Below are positions 28,805 through 38,043 of a DNA stretch of 64,000 nucleotides, one piece after another. This DNA comes from Planctomycetota bacterium (GTDB taxonomy: Bacteria; Planctomycetota; PLA2; JAEUHO01), in NCBI GenBank assembly GCA_965223505.1, contig CBDCWP010000021.1, positions 192,001 through 256,000 on the forward strand. Reading direction: 5' to 3'. Made by a program: the position numbers and the translations under genes. The notes under the pieces were generated by a model, which was not told where the DNA came from, did not search any database, and saw only the letters and a program-made list of their open reading frames with translations. Numbering within the stretch: the stretch's first letter is position 1; every line of letters starts with the position of its first letter.

Positions 28805-29535
28805 CACTCCTCCGGTCCGCATCCGAGCTCGCGACGCTGCGCCATCACGAGCGCAGGCTGCTCGCGGTGTTTGCGCATCCGGACGACGAAGCCTACGGAT
28901 GCGCGGGCGTCATGGCCCGCGCCGCGGCCGATCCCGACACCGCCGTGGTGCTGCTGTGCCTGACGCACGGCGAAGCGTCGAGCTTGTTTCCCGAGCTCTC
29001 CCCCGCAGAGATCGGAACCCTGCGCGAAGAACGACTGCGGCAGGTCGCGGAGATCTTGAAGCTCGACGGGCTCGTCGTCGCGTCACTGCCCGACAGCCGC
29101 CTGGCGCGTCTGCCGGTGGACGAGCTCGCGCAGCCGGTCGTGGACGCGCTCGAAGCGTTCGACCCGCAGGTCGTCATCGCCCACGACCCGAAGGGCGTCA
29201 ACGGACACGCGGATCACATCGCCAGCCACTGGGCGGTGCGCTTCGCGACGCGCGAGCGCCCGCAGACACGGGTTGCGATGGTTGCGTACCCGGAGGCCAT
29301 CAGCGAGGCCGCGAAGCCTCGGCTCCTGTTCCCGACCCCGGACGCGGAGATCGACGTCGTCGTCGAGCTGTCGGAGGCCGAGATCGATGCGAAGGAGGCG
29401 TGCCTGCGCGCTCACGACGCGCTCGTCACCCTGCGCCCCGACGGACCGGGCCGCTACCTCGCCCGTCCACCCCGCGAGCACTTCGACTGGCTCGACGGGG
29501 ACTGCACGCCGCCCGCCGCCGGTCTCTTCGGGTAA
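28801..29535 (+). CDS. PIG-L family deacetylase
   Basis: AHPDDE, THGE, GHADH. Confidence 0.88.
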   Translation: MTLLRSASELATLRHHERRLLAVFAHPDDEAYGCAGVMARAAADPDTAVVLLCLTHGEASSLFPELSPAEIGTLREERLRQVAEILKLDGLVVASLPDSRLARLPVDELAQPVVDALEAFDPQVVIAHDPKGVNGHADHIASHWAVRFATRERPQTRVAMVAYPEAISEAAKPRLLFPTPDAEIDVVVELSEAEIDAKEACLRAHDALVTLRPDGPGRYLARPPREHFDWLDGDCTPPAAGLFG

Positions 29536-29676
29536 ACGCGGGCCGGATTCCGCGGTTCGAGAACTGCCCCTTGGCGACGAAAGGCCCGATCCCGTATCCT
29601 TCCGGGCCGGACGTAAGGCGTGGAGGGAGCGTCGTTTCCGGACGGCCCCTGCGTGCCCGCACCGAGGGAGTGACGC

Positions 29677-31392
29677 ATGCGTGCAACGTTGATCGCACTG
29701 GGTTGGGCAGGGCTGGTTGTGTTGGCCGCATGCGGCGGCAGCAGCGGCGGCGGCGGCGGCGCGGTCGTCATCGGGCCGGTCAAGATCTTCACGACCGCCG
29801 AGCTGGAGCCGAACGACGTGATCGGCGACGCGACGCCCCTTCCGTTCGGCACGGCGGGCGTGGGCGACCTGCCGTTCCTCAACGAGATCGACTACTGGAC
29901 CTTCAACGCGACGCAGGACCAGGTCATCTGCATCGAGATCTTCGCGATCCGCCTCGACCAGGACGGCTGGGACGCGGGCGGGAACGCGCCGCATCTGACA
30001 CTGCTCGGCCCCCCCGGCGGCGCGACCGTGGAGCTGGACGTCAATCCGCTCAGCCTCATCGGCTCGCGCCTCGACGCCGACATCTCCTGCTTCCGGATTC
30101 CGGTGACAGGCACCTACTACGTGTGCGTCCAAGCGAACGATCCCGCGTTCGCCAGCGGTCGCTACGCGGTTCTCGTGCGGGAGGTCCCCGGGCACGACGA
30201 CCTCCAGAAGGAAGCCGAAGGCGAGCTCGTCACCGGCCTGAACGACACCCCCGGAACGGCGGAGGCCATCGAGCCCGGCGTGATTTGCGGGTTCTACGTC
30301 AACGACGAGCTCGATTACTACTCGTTCCAGATCACGGAGCCGTCGATCGTCAGCTTCGAGATGTGCTCGTTCCGCAACGGGACCTGGCACAACCTGCCGC
30401 TCCACGACGGCGGCCTGGTCTTGTACGACACGGACGGCGTCACCCAGCTCGCGCAGGACGCCGAGTGGTTCGGGTTTGACCCGGCGATCCAGTACAAGTT
30501 CGAGAACCCGGGTACGTACTACATCGCCGTCGACGAGTTCTTCTTCAACAACGGCAGCGCGCCGTACTTCCTGTACTTCGAGCTCAACGACCACGGTAGC
30601 GGACTCTTCGATTCCGAGCCCAACAACGTCGCCGGCAACGGGAATCTGATCGCCTACGACGACGTCGTTGCCGGACAGACCGGCGGCGCGGACGACGACT
30701 GGTTCAAGTTCGTCGGCAACGCGGGCGACATGCTCGAGCTCACCGGCTTCACGCAGGGCCTCGGGCACCAGACGGCCACGGGCACGGTCAGCTTCACGAT
30801 CGTCGCGCCCGACGGCACGACGGTGCTCCCCAGCTCCTTTTCCAACGACGGATTCGCCACGATCCGGACGATCCTCCGTGCGAACGGGACGCACTACGTT
30901 CGCGTCGCGCACGACGCCGGCAACCCGACGCCGTACTGTTTCTGCGTGGAGGCGGTCAAGCGGGGCACCGAGGAGACCGAGCCCAACACGCCCATCATCG
31001 AAGCCGAGGATCTCAGCACGTATCCCGACCGCTGCGGCGCGGGATCGATCGCCGCGGGCGACACGGACATCTACCGGGTCGAGACCGAGGTCAACGAGCT
31101 CGTCTGCATCGACATCTACTGCGGTAACGGCCCCTCCTTCCCGTGGGCCCATTTCAACAGCGATGGCTGGGGCGCGACCCTGCAGCCGCAGGTCGAGGTC
31201 GGCAACCTGCTGCCGCCCTGGTTCTTGACCGACACGACCTTCAACACACGGGCCTGGGGCAGCAAGGCCGGCCTACCGACCATGACGGTGTGTTTCATCG
31301 CGCCGGGCGGCGGATCGGCCATCGTCAAGGTCTCGCGGGAACCCTCCGGCGTGATCCAGCCGACCGACTACTACGTGATCCAGCAGCGGTAG
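29677..31392 (+). CDS. Lipoprotein with repeated PPC-like (pre-peptidase C-terminal) domains
   Basis: LAACGG lipobox; repeated E.EPN(D/N), D.D(Y/W)(Y/F).F and GTYY motifs. Confidence 0.78.
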   Translation: MRATLIALGWAGLVVLAACGGSSGGGGGAVVIGPVKIFTTAELEPNDVIGDATPLPFGTAGVGDLPFLNEIDYWTFNATQDQVICIEIFAIRLDQDGWDAGGNAPHLTLLGPPGGATVELDVNPLSLIGSRLDADISCFRIPVTGTYYVCVQANDPAFASGRYAVLVREVPGHDDLQKEAEGELVTGLNDTPGTAEAIEPGVICGFYVNDELDYYSFQITEPSIVSFEMCSFRNGTWHNLPLHDGGLVLYDTDGVTQLAQDAEWFGFDPAIQYKFENPGTYYIAVDEFFFNNGSAPYFLYFELNDHGSGLFDSEPNNVAGNGNLIAYDDVVAGQTGGADDDWFKFVGNAGDMLELTGFTQGLGHQTATGTVSFTIVAPDGTTVLPSSFSNDGFATIRTILRANGTHYVRVAHDAGNPTPYCFCVEAVKRGTEETEPNTPIIEAEDLSTYPDRCGAGSIAAGDTDIYRVETEVNELVCIDIYCGNGPSFPWAHFNSDGWGATLQPQVEVGNLLPPWFLTDTTFNTRAWGSKAGLPTMTVCFIAPGGGSAIVKVSREPSGVIQPTDYYVIQQR

Positions 31393-31412
31393 GAACACTC
31401 TCGGGTCCGGAA

Positions 31413-31440
31413 TTGCCCCGCGGCGCGGCCCGGCTACCCT
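31413..31440 (+). promoter_or_regulatory. Putative sigma-70 promoter of rpsD
   Basis: TTGCCC-16 nt-TACCCT. Confidence 0.45.
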
Positions 31441-31537
31441 TTGCGGCTCGCTGATGCTCCGGGCGCGCGTGCCCGGAGCCGCCCCGGCCCCACGCCGGAC
31501 CGCGCCCATCGAGGGATTCAGTCGTCGGGAGGACCCC

Positions 31538-32149
31538 ATGGGTCGCTACACCGGACCGAAGGTCAAGAAGAGCAAGCGCGTCCGCGCGCCGATCGCGGAC
31601 ACCACGAAGCACATGAAGGCCGACCTCGATCGAGGCCCCGGCCAGCACGGCATGAGCCGCCGCCGCAAGATGACGATCTACGGCGAGCGCCTGCGCGAGA
31701 AGCAGAAGCTCGCGTTCTTCTATCACGTCGCCGACAAGCAGTTCCGCCGCTACATGGCGGAGGCGTCCAGGGGCAAGGCCAACACGGCCGAGAAGCTCAA
31801 CGAGCTGCTCGAGCGGCGGCTGGACAACGTCGTGCGCCGCGCGGCGTTCGTGCGCACGATCTGGCAGGCGCGCCAGGTGGTCGTTCACGGCCACATCCAG
31901 GTGAACGGCAAAAAGGTCGACCGTCCGTCGTACCGCGTGCGCCCGGGCGACGTCATCACGGTGCGCGAGAAGAGCAAGAAGTCGATGACGGCGATGGCCG
32001 AGTCCGTCGACGCCGGCTCGATCGTTCCGCAGTGGATCCAGTCCGACACGGACAAGCTGACGGCGACCGTGGAGCGCGTCCCGGAGCCGGACGAGATCTT
32101 CCGTCCCTTCGAGACGAACATGCAGCTGATCGTGGAGTTCATCCGGTAG
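31538..32149 (+). CDS. rpsD: 30S ribosomal protein S4
   Basis: MGRYTGPK, PGQHG, LREKQK, LERRLDNVV, ARQVVVHGH, VDRPSY; GGAGG RBS. Confidence 0.96.
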   Translation: MGRYTGPKVKKSKRVRAPIADTTKHMKADLDRGPGQHGMSRRRKMTIYGERLREKQKLAFFYHVADKQFRRYMAEASRGKANTAEKLNELLERRLDNVVRRAAFVRTIWQARQVVVHGHIQVNGKKVDRPSYRVRPGDVITVREKSKKSMTAMAESVDAGSIVPQWIQSDTDKLTATVERVPEPDEIFRPFETNMQLIVEFIR

Positions 32150-32168
32150 ATTCCGCTCCGCGGAATCT
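32148..32168 (+). terminator. Hairpin directly after rpsD
   Basis: AGATTCCGC-TCC-GCGGAATCT perfect 9-bp stem; no U tract. Confidence 0.45.
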
Positions 32169-32193
32169 GTAGGGGCGGGGCGAGGCCCCGCCC
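32169..32193. repeat. Single GTAG REP variant
   Basis: GTAG-GGGCGGGGC-GAG-GCCCCGCCC. Confidence 0.7.
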
Positions 32194-32416
32194 GCTGCTT
32201 GCGCATCTCGATTGCGGGCGTCGTCGACAGGTCATCGCCGACGGCTGCGTCCCCGGCATACGTACGTCGGGGGAGGCGAAAACGGGACCCGTCCATCGGG
32301 TGCGGGCGCGTAACGGTAGCCGACGAACGACCAGCGGTACGCCGTCGCACTGTGCCTGCGCCCGTCCTTCGAAGCAGGTTGGAAGTACCGGTCTTGCGTT
32401 GCGCGCGTCCCGTTGC

Positions 32417-32563
32417 GAGCCCGCAGCACACGCGGCCGGCAGCCACGAGCCGAATGAACCGTAGAAACGACCCATGGTCGCTGTAGGGGCGACCCTCGTG
32501 GTCGCCCAATTGGATGCGTCTTGGCGTCTGGATTGGGCAGCCATAAGGGCTGCCCCTACAGGT
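32417..32563. repeat. 147-bp direct repeat copy 1, contains a REPIN
   Basis: Ungapped match to 33383-33529 with 8 mismatches (manual alignment). Confidence 0.92.
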
Positions 32564-32653
32564 CGCCACGTGGACGTGAACGTGCACGTGATCGTGCACG
32601 ACATCCTGGACCGGAAGGCGGGTGACGTGGGTGCGGGCGTACGATGCACCGCT

Positions 32654-33367
32654 ATGTCCGCCGACGCGCCCGTACCGGAAGCGCAGGAACGAGGATTCCT
32701 CGTCGTGAAGCAGCCGTCGGATTGGTGGGCGGCCTTCCGCGCGTCGTCGTCGCAAGCGGACGACGCAGACGAGTACCGAGCGCACCTCGCCCACCTACAC
32801 GAGGTGCTCGGCGTTCGCCCCGACGCCTACCGCGGCGTCGACCGCGTACCCATCAATCGTAGTCTCGGCGGCTATGCCGACGCCGCGAGAGGCCGCCTGC
32901 CGGAGCGAGCCAAGGAGATCATGGCCGCATCAGAGCTGATCTGGAACCGGCTGGGGTCCGAATACCCCGACTGGAACTTCGACGCCGACCTGGTTCCGGA
33001 TCTCACGCTCGCACGGGAGGTGAAAGCCCTCACGAAGGCGCCAACGGCGTGGGAGATCATTGCCGTGTCCCGAACGTTCGATGACGGGGCCTCGGAATCG
33101 TCGTTGGGGTTCGACGTCGCGCAGTGGGGCGGCGATCACCTCTCCATCGTGCGCGAGTCCATGTTGGGCCCTCGGCATTTCGGCTCTTCGATCGACTCGC
33201 TTCCGGAGCTCGTCCCGTTCGCGGAGCGTCTCAACGCAACGATGCTGTTCGACGACGTGCAGGACGCCCTGGCGTTTCGCTCATGGTCTCTGCGACAGGA
33301 CTGGGCATGCGTATCGAAGGGCTACGAGGACGAGTACCAGCTGATCCTCATCTCCGAGGTCAGCTAG
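32654..33367 (+). CDS. Orphan hypothetical protein between direct repeats
   Basis: 237-aa ORF; TACGAT 8 nt before ATG; more A/T-ending codons than neighbours by eye. Confidence 0.7.
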   Translation: MSADAPVPEAQERGFLVVKQPSDWWAAFRASSSQADDADEYRAHLAHLHEVLGVRPDAYRGVDRVPINRSLGGYADAARGRLPERAKEIMAASELIWNRLGSEYPDWNFDADLVPDLTLAREVKALTKAPTAWEIIAVSRTFDDGASESSLGFDVAQWGGDHLSIVRESMLGPRHFGSSIDSLPELVPFAERLNATMLFDDVQDALAFRSWSLRQDWACVSKGYEDEYQLILISEVS

Positions 33368-33382
33368 CCCTCGGTAACGAGT

Positions 33383-33529
33383 GAGCCCGCAGCACACGCG
33401 GCCGGCAGCCACGCGCCGAATGAACCGTAGGTGCGACCCTTGGTCGCTGTAGGGGCGACCCTTGTGGTCGCCCAATTGGATGCGTCTTGGCGTCTGGATT
33501 GGGCAGCCACGAGGGCTGCCCCTACAGGT
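33383..33529. repeat. 147-bp direct repeat copy 2, contains a REPIN
   Basis: Matches 32417-32563; its CTAC overlaps the S9 peptidase stop codon. Confidence 0.92.
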
Positions 33530-36035
33530 GCCGCTCGAAATACTCGAGCAGCCGCCGGTGTACGTCCAGGCCCGCGCCGCCGATGCCGTGTCCGCGATAC
33601 GGATACGTCATGACGTCGAACGTGGACTTCCCGGCCCGTAGCAACGCCTCGACGAGGTGATACGTGTTCTGCGCGTGCACGTTGTCGTCGCCCAGGCCGT
33701 GCATCAACAGCAGATGACCGTTCATGCTCTTCGCGCGCTTCGCCGACGCGGTCTCTTCGTAGCCCTTCGGGTTGTCCTTCGGCAGGTGCCGCTCGAAATA
33801 CTCGAGCAGCCGCCGGTGTACGTCCAGGCCCGCGCCGCCGATGCCGTGTCCGCGATACGGATACGTCATGACGTCGAACGTGGACTTCCCGGCCCGTAGC
33901 AACGCCTCGACGAGGTGATACGTGTTCTGCGCGTGCACGTTGTCGTCGCCCAGGCCGTGCATCAACAGCAGATGACCGTTCATGCTCTTCGCGCGCTTCG
34001 CCGACGCGGTCTCTTCGTAGCCCTTCGGGTTGTCCTTCGGCACACCCATGTACCGCTCGGTGTAGATCGTGTCGTACAGACGCCAATCGGTGACCGGCGC
34101 CACGCCCACGCCGACCTTGAAGACGTCGCTCTTCATGGTGAGCGCGTTGCACGCCATCGTGCCGCCGTACGACCAGCCCCAGATGCCGATCCGGTCCCCG
34201 TCCACGTACGGCCGCTTCGCCATCTCCCTCGCCGCGCGCGCCTGGTCCTCGATCTCGAGGATGCCGAGGCGCTTGTAGACGGTGCGAATGAACTTCGCCC
34301 CCTGCGCGCCCGATCCACGCCCGTCCGCGTGCAGCACGAGGAAGCCGCGTTGCGTGAAGAACGTGGCCGAGAGGGCCGCCCGCCCCCACCGATTGCGGAC
34401 CATGCGCGAGCCCGGGCCGCCGTACGTGTGCACGATCAGCGGGTACTCCCGGTTCGGATCGAACGCCGCCGGCTTCCAGAGGCGGTAGTTGATGCGGCCG
34501 TGCGGGCAGTCGGGCAGCTCGATGTGCCCGTACTCGGGCTTGGCCAGCTTCACCTGATCCAGCTTCTTGGTCCGCGCGCTCCCGAACGACTCTAGCCGTT
34601 TCCGCTCCTTGACGTGCCAGAGCGACATCTCGACCGGCTTCGTGTCGCTCGAGGACGAGACGACCGCGTACGTTCCGGTGTCGTCCACCTGCGCTGAGGT
34701 CGAGCCCCAGTTCGAGGTGTCGAACATCGGCGTCGTCGGGTTCGGTCCGACGCCGTGGAAGACCCCGTCGCGCACACCCCCGAAGCTCGTCCCACCGAAG
34801 ATCGCGGCTCCGTGCTCGGGCTCGACGTGGTACAGGCGATACGCTTCGAAGTCGGGCGGTGTGACGCGCCGCGTCCGCGCCACGGCCGTGTGCCGGGGGT
34901 CCGTCTCGATGAGGTACCAAGCGAGGTAGCCGTCGCGATTGCTACGCCAGCGGAATTGATGCCCGTCCACGAACTTCGGTGCAGGCGGCGCGTCGATCCA
35001 CGCGTCGTCGCGCTCCTCGAACAGCACGACCGATGCCCCGTTCGCCGGATCGCAGCTGCGCACCTCCAGGTGCTGCTGATTGCGGTCCAGCGTCACGACG
35101 AGGACGCGTTTCGAATCCGGCGTCCACGCGACGCGGACGACGTACTCGGGCTTCCCGACGTCGAGCCAGACGGGGTCACCGCCCTTGGCCGGGGCGACGG
35201 CGACGCGCGCGACTGGATTCGGGTCCCCCGCCTTTGGGTAGCGCATCGTGCGCCCCTCGCTTCGAAGCGGCATCATCGCGGGCAAGCGATACGTGGGCAC
35301 CTCCGCTTCGTCGAGCTGGAGAAACGCGATGTGCTGCGCGTCCGGCGACCACCACGCCGCCGTGTCAAAGCCGAACTCCTCCGGATAGACCCAGTCGAGC
35401 GTCGCGTTGAGCAGCGTGTCGCAGCCGCCGCCGGTCAGCTGCCGCGGACGCCGGTCGCCGTCCGTGTCCGCGACCCACAGCTCGTTGTCGCGCGCGAACG
35501 AAACGCGGCTGCCGTCCGGCGCGACGCGCAGGTCGGCCATCGGCGTCTGCGTGTGCGTCAGGCGCGACCGCGTTCCCTCGGCAAGGTCCACCCAGACGAG
35601 ATCGCCTTTCACGACGGCGCAAAGCGCCGTGCCCGATTCGGCCCACTTGAACCGCGGCGGTCCGGCGCGACCGATGCCGCGCATGCGCTTGCCCTTGCCG
35701 GGCACCAGCTCGTCGAGCGCGGTGAAGTCCAGCAGCACGCGTTCCGTCTTGTCGTGCACGTCCCGGACGAGCAACACGCTGTTGGGCTTGGCTTTCTTGT
35801 CCGCACCCGGCGGCCTGCGTTGACCGATGCGTACGAGCTGCGGGTGCTTCGGTCGCCACTTCCAGCCCGGCAGCGGCTTCGTGAAGCGCGCGCCGCCGCC
35901 ATGCAGCATCTTCAGCGTCAGCCGGAGTCCGGGATCCGCCTTCTCCTCCGCGCGCAGTGGCATTGGCATCAGGGAGAGCAGTACCAGCGCGCACGCAGCG
36001 CGCGCGAAGAGACGACGCAAGCGAACTCCGTTCAT
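33522..36035 (-). CDS. S9B dipeptidyl peptidase IV-like, with duplicated C-terminal 86 aa
   Basis: DWVYPEEF, YPKAG, YGGPG, GWSYGG, DDNVH, GHG. Confidence 0.92.
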   Translation of the reverse strand: MNGVRLRRLFARAACALVLLSLMPMPLRAEEKADPGLRLTLKMLHGGGARFTKPLPGWKWRPKHPQLVRIGQRRPPGADKKAKPNSVLLVRDVHDKTERVLLDFTALDELVPGKGKRMRGIGRAGPPRFKWAESGTALCAVVKGDLVWVDLAEGTRSRLTHTQTPMADLRVAPDGSRVSFARDNELWVADTDGDRRPRQLTGGGCDTLLNATLDWVYPEEFGFDTAAWWSPDAQHIAFLQLDEAEVPTYRLPAMMPLRSEGRTMRYPKAGDPNPVARVAVAPAKGGDPVWLDVGKPEYVVRVAWTPDSKRVLVVTLDRNQQHLEVRSCDPANGASVVLFEERDDAWIDAPPAPKFVDGHQFRWRSNRDGYLAWYLIETDPRHTAVARTRRVTPPDFEAYRLYHVEPEHGAAIFGGTSFGGVRDGVFHGVGPNPTTPMFDTSNWGSTSAQVDDTGTYAVVSSSSDTKPVEMSLWHVKERKRLESFGSARTKKLDQVKLAKPEYGHIELPDCPHGRINYRLWKPAAFDPNREYPLIVHTYGGPGSRMVRNRWGRAALSATFFTQRGFLVLHADGRGSGAQGAKFIRTVYKRLGILEIEDQARAAREMAKRPYVDGDRIGIWGWSYGGTMACNALTMKSDVFKVGVGVAPVTDWRLYDTIYTERYMGVPKDNPKGYEETASAKRAKSMNGHLLLMHGLGDDNVHAQNTYHLVEALLRAGKSTFDVMTYPYRGHGIGGAGLDVHRRLLEYFERHLPKDNPKGYEETASAKRAKSMNGHLLLMHGLGDDNVHAQNTYHLVEALLRAGKSTFDVMTYPYRGHGIGGAGLDVHRRLLEYFERHL
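33525..34042. repeat. Apparently exact 258-bp tandem duplication
   Basis: 33525-33782 matches 33783-34040; no differences seen by eye. Confidence 0.93.
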
Positions 36036-37147
36036 TCCGGCGGCTTCTTGTTCGGGGACACGGACTTGAGCGCGCTCGCGAGCTTCTTGGCCTTGATCTT
36101 GGCGGCGAGCTCCTTCTTGAGCTTGCCCTTTCGGTCGAAGACCAGCACACACGGCAAGCTCTTCAGCTTCGCGCCGCGCTCGCGCAACCGGGCGAGGGTC
36201 ATCGCGCCCTCGGTCTCGGGGTCGTCGCCCTGATCCACGCGAAGCTTCACGGCCCCGAGCTGGTTGCCGTAGTGGCGCACGAGCGGATCCATGAAGAGCT
36301 CGTTCTGCAGCTGCTTGGCGAGCGCGTTGTCGGTGTCGAGCTCGTCGTAGGCGTAGACGAAGACACCGCCCTTCTTCTTGCCCTCGAGCGCCGCGAGCGC
36401 GGCGTCCAGGTCCTCGCTCCAGCTGAAATTCATGTCGACGCCGGCGGTGAAGCGCCCCTCCATCGCCCCCATCCACCACCGGCAGTACGGCATGAGCTGA
36501 TCGGGCCACTTGTGCCCCAGATTCGGCTGAACGCGCACCTCGACGACCCGAACCTTGTCGCGCAACGACGTGACGGTCCCCTTGGCAGCCCCGAGATTCG
36601 CGTCCTGCGCGCCGGCGAGCGCCAGGGCACCCAGCTCCTTCTTGGCCCACTTGGGAACGCCGGCGCCGCGATACCCGGCGGCGATCCAGGTCGCGCTACA
36701 GGGTTTGAGCTCGTCGTCGAACGCCAGCGGCCCGAGGTTCCAGCCGCCGTTGGAGAACCCCATGACGTGCACGCGCTTCGGATCGATCGGCAGGACGTCC
36801 TTGAGGTGCGCGCCGATCTTCAGCACGGACTCGATGTCGGCGTCGTTCCAGCCCGTCCCCGTGGACTTCGGCGCACAAACCACGTAGCCGTCGTTCGCCC
36901 AGGCCCGCAGCGACCCGGCCATGCCCGACGCGGTCCCGCCGTAGCCGTGCAGGATGATGACCAGCGACTGCGGCTGGTCGGGTGCGATGCCGGCCGGCAA
37001 ATGCAGCCACGTCTTCAGCCCCTCGATGTCGTGGGTGCTCTCGCCCTTCGGGTACGGCAGGTCGTCCGACCACGCGGACGAAGGTCCGCACAGCAGCGGC
37101 GCTGCGCAGACGAGTGCAAACAACAGGGATCGCAGTGCCGCAACCAT
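36032..37147 (-). CDS. Secreted alpha/beta hydrolase with thioredoxin-like C-terminal domain
   Basis: ILHGYGG, MGFSNGG (GxSxG), GAQD, GHKW. Confidence 0.75.
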   Translation of the reverse strand: MVAALRSLLFALVCAAPLLCGPSSAWSDDLPYPKGESTHDIEGLKTWLHLPAGIAPDQPQSLVIILHGYGGTASGMAGSLRAWANDGYVVCAPKSTGTGWNDADIESVLKIGAHLKDVLPIDPKRVHVMGFSNGGWNLGPLAFDDELKPCSATWIAAGYRGAGVPKWAKKELGALALAGAQDANLGAAKGTVTSLRDKVRVVEVRVQPNLGHKWPDQLMPYCRWWMGAMEGRFTAGVDMNFSWSEDLDAALAALEGKKKGGVFVYAYDELDTDNALAKQLQNELFMDPLVRHYGNQLGAVKLRVDQGDDPETEGAMTLARLRERGAKLKSLPCVLVFDRKGKLKKELAAKIKAKKLASALKSVSPNKKPPE

Positions 37148-37269
37148 CGGCGATCAGCCTACGCCGCCTTGCAGCACGCATCTAGGCCGTCCCTTCGCGG
37201 AAGCGACCGCCGAACGCCCAGTCGGAAGCCCCCGTGAAACCTCGCGCCGGACAGGAGCGTCGATCCGGC

Positions 37270-37611
37270 ATGAGCAAGACCGTCACCCTCACGAAAGACG
37301 ACTTCGAGGCGAAGGTCCTTCGGAACGACCGGCTCGTCCTGGTCGACTTCTGGGCCCCCTGGTGCGCACCGTGCGTGGCGCTGGCCCCCACCATCGACGC
37401 CCTTGCGGACGCGTTCGACGGCCGCGCAACGATCGCCAAGCTCGACGTGGACGGCGCGCCGGCACTCGCCGCGCGCTATGGGATTCAGTCGATCCCGGCG
37501 CTGCTCTTCTTCCGCGACGGCGAGGTGGTGGACCGCGCCGTCGGCCTCCAGTCGCAGGCCGAGCTCAGCGACCGGCTCGAGGCGATCCTGACGGCCCGCG
37601 CCGCCGAGTAA
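37270..37611 (+). CDS. trxA: Thioredoxin
   Basis: LVDFWAPWCAPC, IQSIPAL. Confidence 0.9.
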   Translation: MSKTVTLTKDDFEAKVLRNDRLVLVDFWAPWCAPCVALAPTIDALADAFDGRATIAKLDVDGAPALAARYGIQSIPALLFFRDGEVVDRAVGLQSQAELSDRLEAILTARAAE

Positions 37612-37626
37612 CCACGTTCGCGTCCG

Positions 37627-38043
37627 TCACTCGGACGAGTGGACCCAGCTCTCCGCGACGTCTTCGTCCATCCAGTAGTGGGCTTGTCGCTCGTCCCCTT
37701 CGCCACGGCTCTCGACCTCGACGGGCCAACGCAGGGACGTGCCGTGGCGGGACCGCAGGAGCTTCGTGAACGCGGACATGTCGGCCCGCGCCTCGTGATA
37801 GCTGCGCCCGGCGCGGTCCTCGATCTCGCTGCGGGAGATCCAGACTCCGGGCGACGCGGCGCACAGGTCCAGCATCGCGACGGTGGTGTCGTTCAGGCGC
37901 GGCCGCAGGTCCCGGAAGCGCTGCTCGGTCCAGCCCGAGACCGGCGACTCGACCTCGGTGTCGGTCAGGAGCCGCAACACGTCGGCGTAGCGCCGCTTGG
38001 GGATGGGAACGTAGATCCAATCGGGCGGAGCGGCGATCGTCAT
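37627..38043 (-). CDS. Hypothetical protein, possible winged-helix DNA-binding fold
   Basis: 138-aa ORF; HTH-like SRSEIEDRAGRSYHEARADMSAF followed by HYWM strand. Confidence 0.6.
   Translation of the reverse strand: MTIAAPPDWIYVPIPKRRYADVLRLLTDTEVESPVSGWTEQRFRDLRPRLNDTTVAMLDLCAASPGVWISRSEIEDRAGRSYHEARADMSAFTKLLRSRHGTSLRWPVEVESRGEGDERQAHYWMDEDVAESWVHSSE

Noticed and set aside
32194..32300. RAYT transposase remnant (minus-strand SRFRLPRRTY)
   Set aside because: Similarity too short; no HUH motif or catalytic Tyr
32417..33529. CRISPR array or classical integron attC sites
   Set aside because: Only two long repeats around a gene; no spacers, cas or intI genes, and no RYYYAAC...GTTRRRY ends
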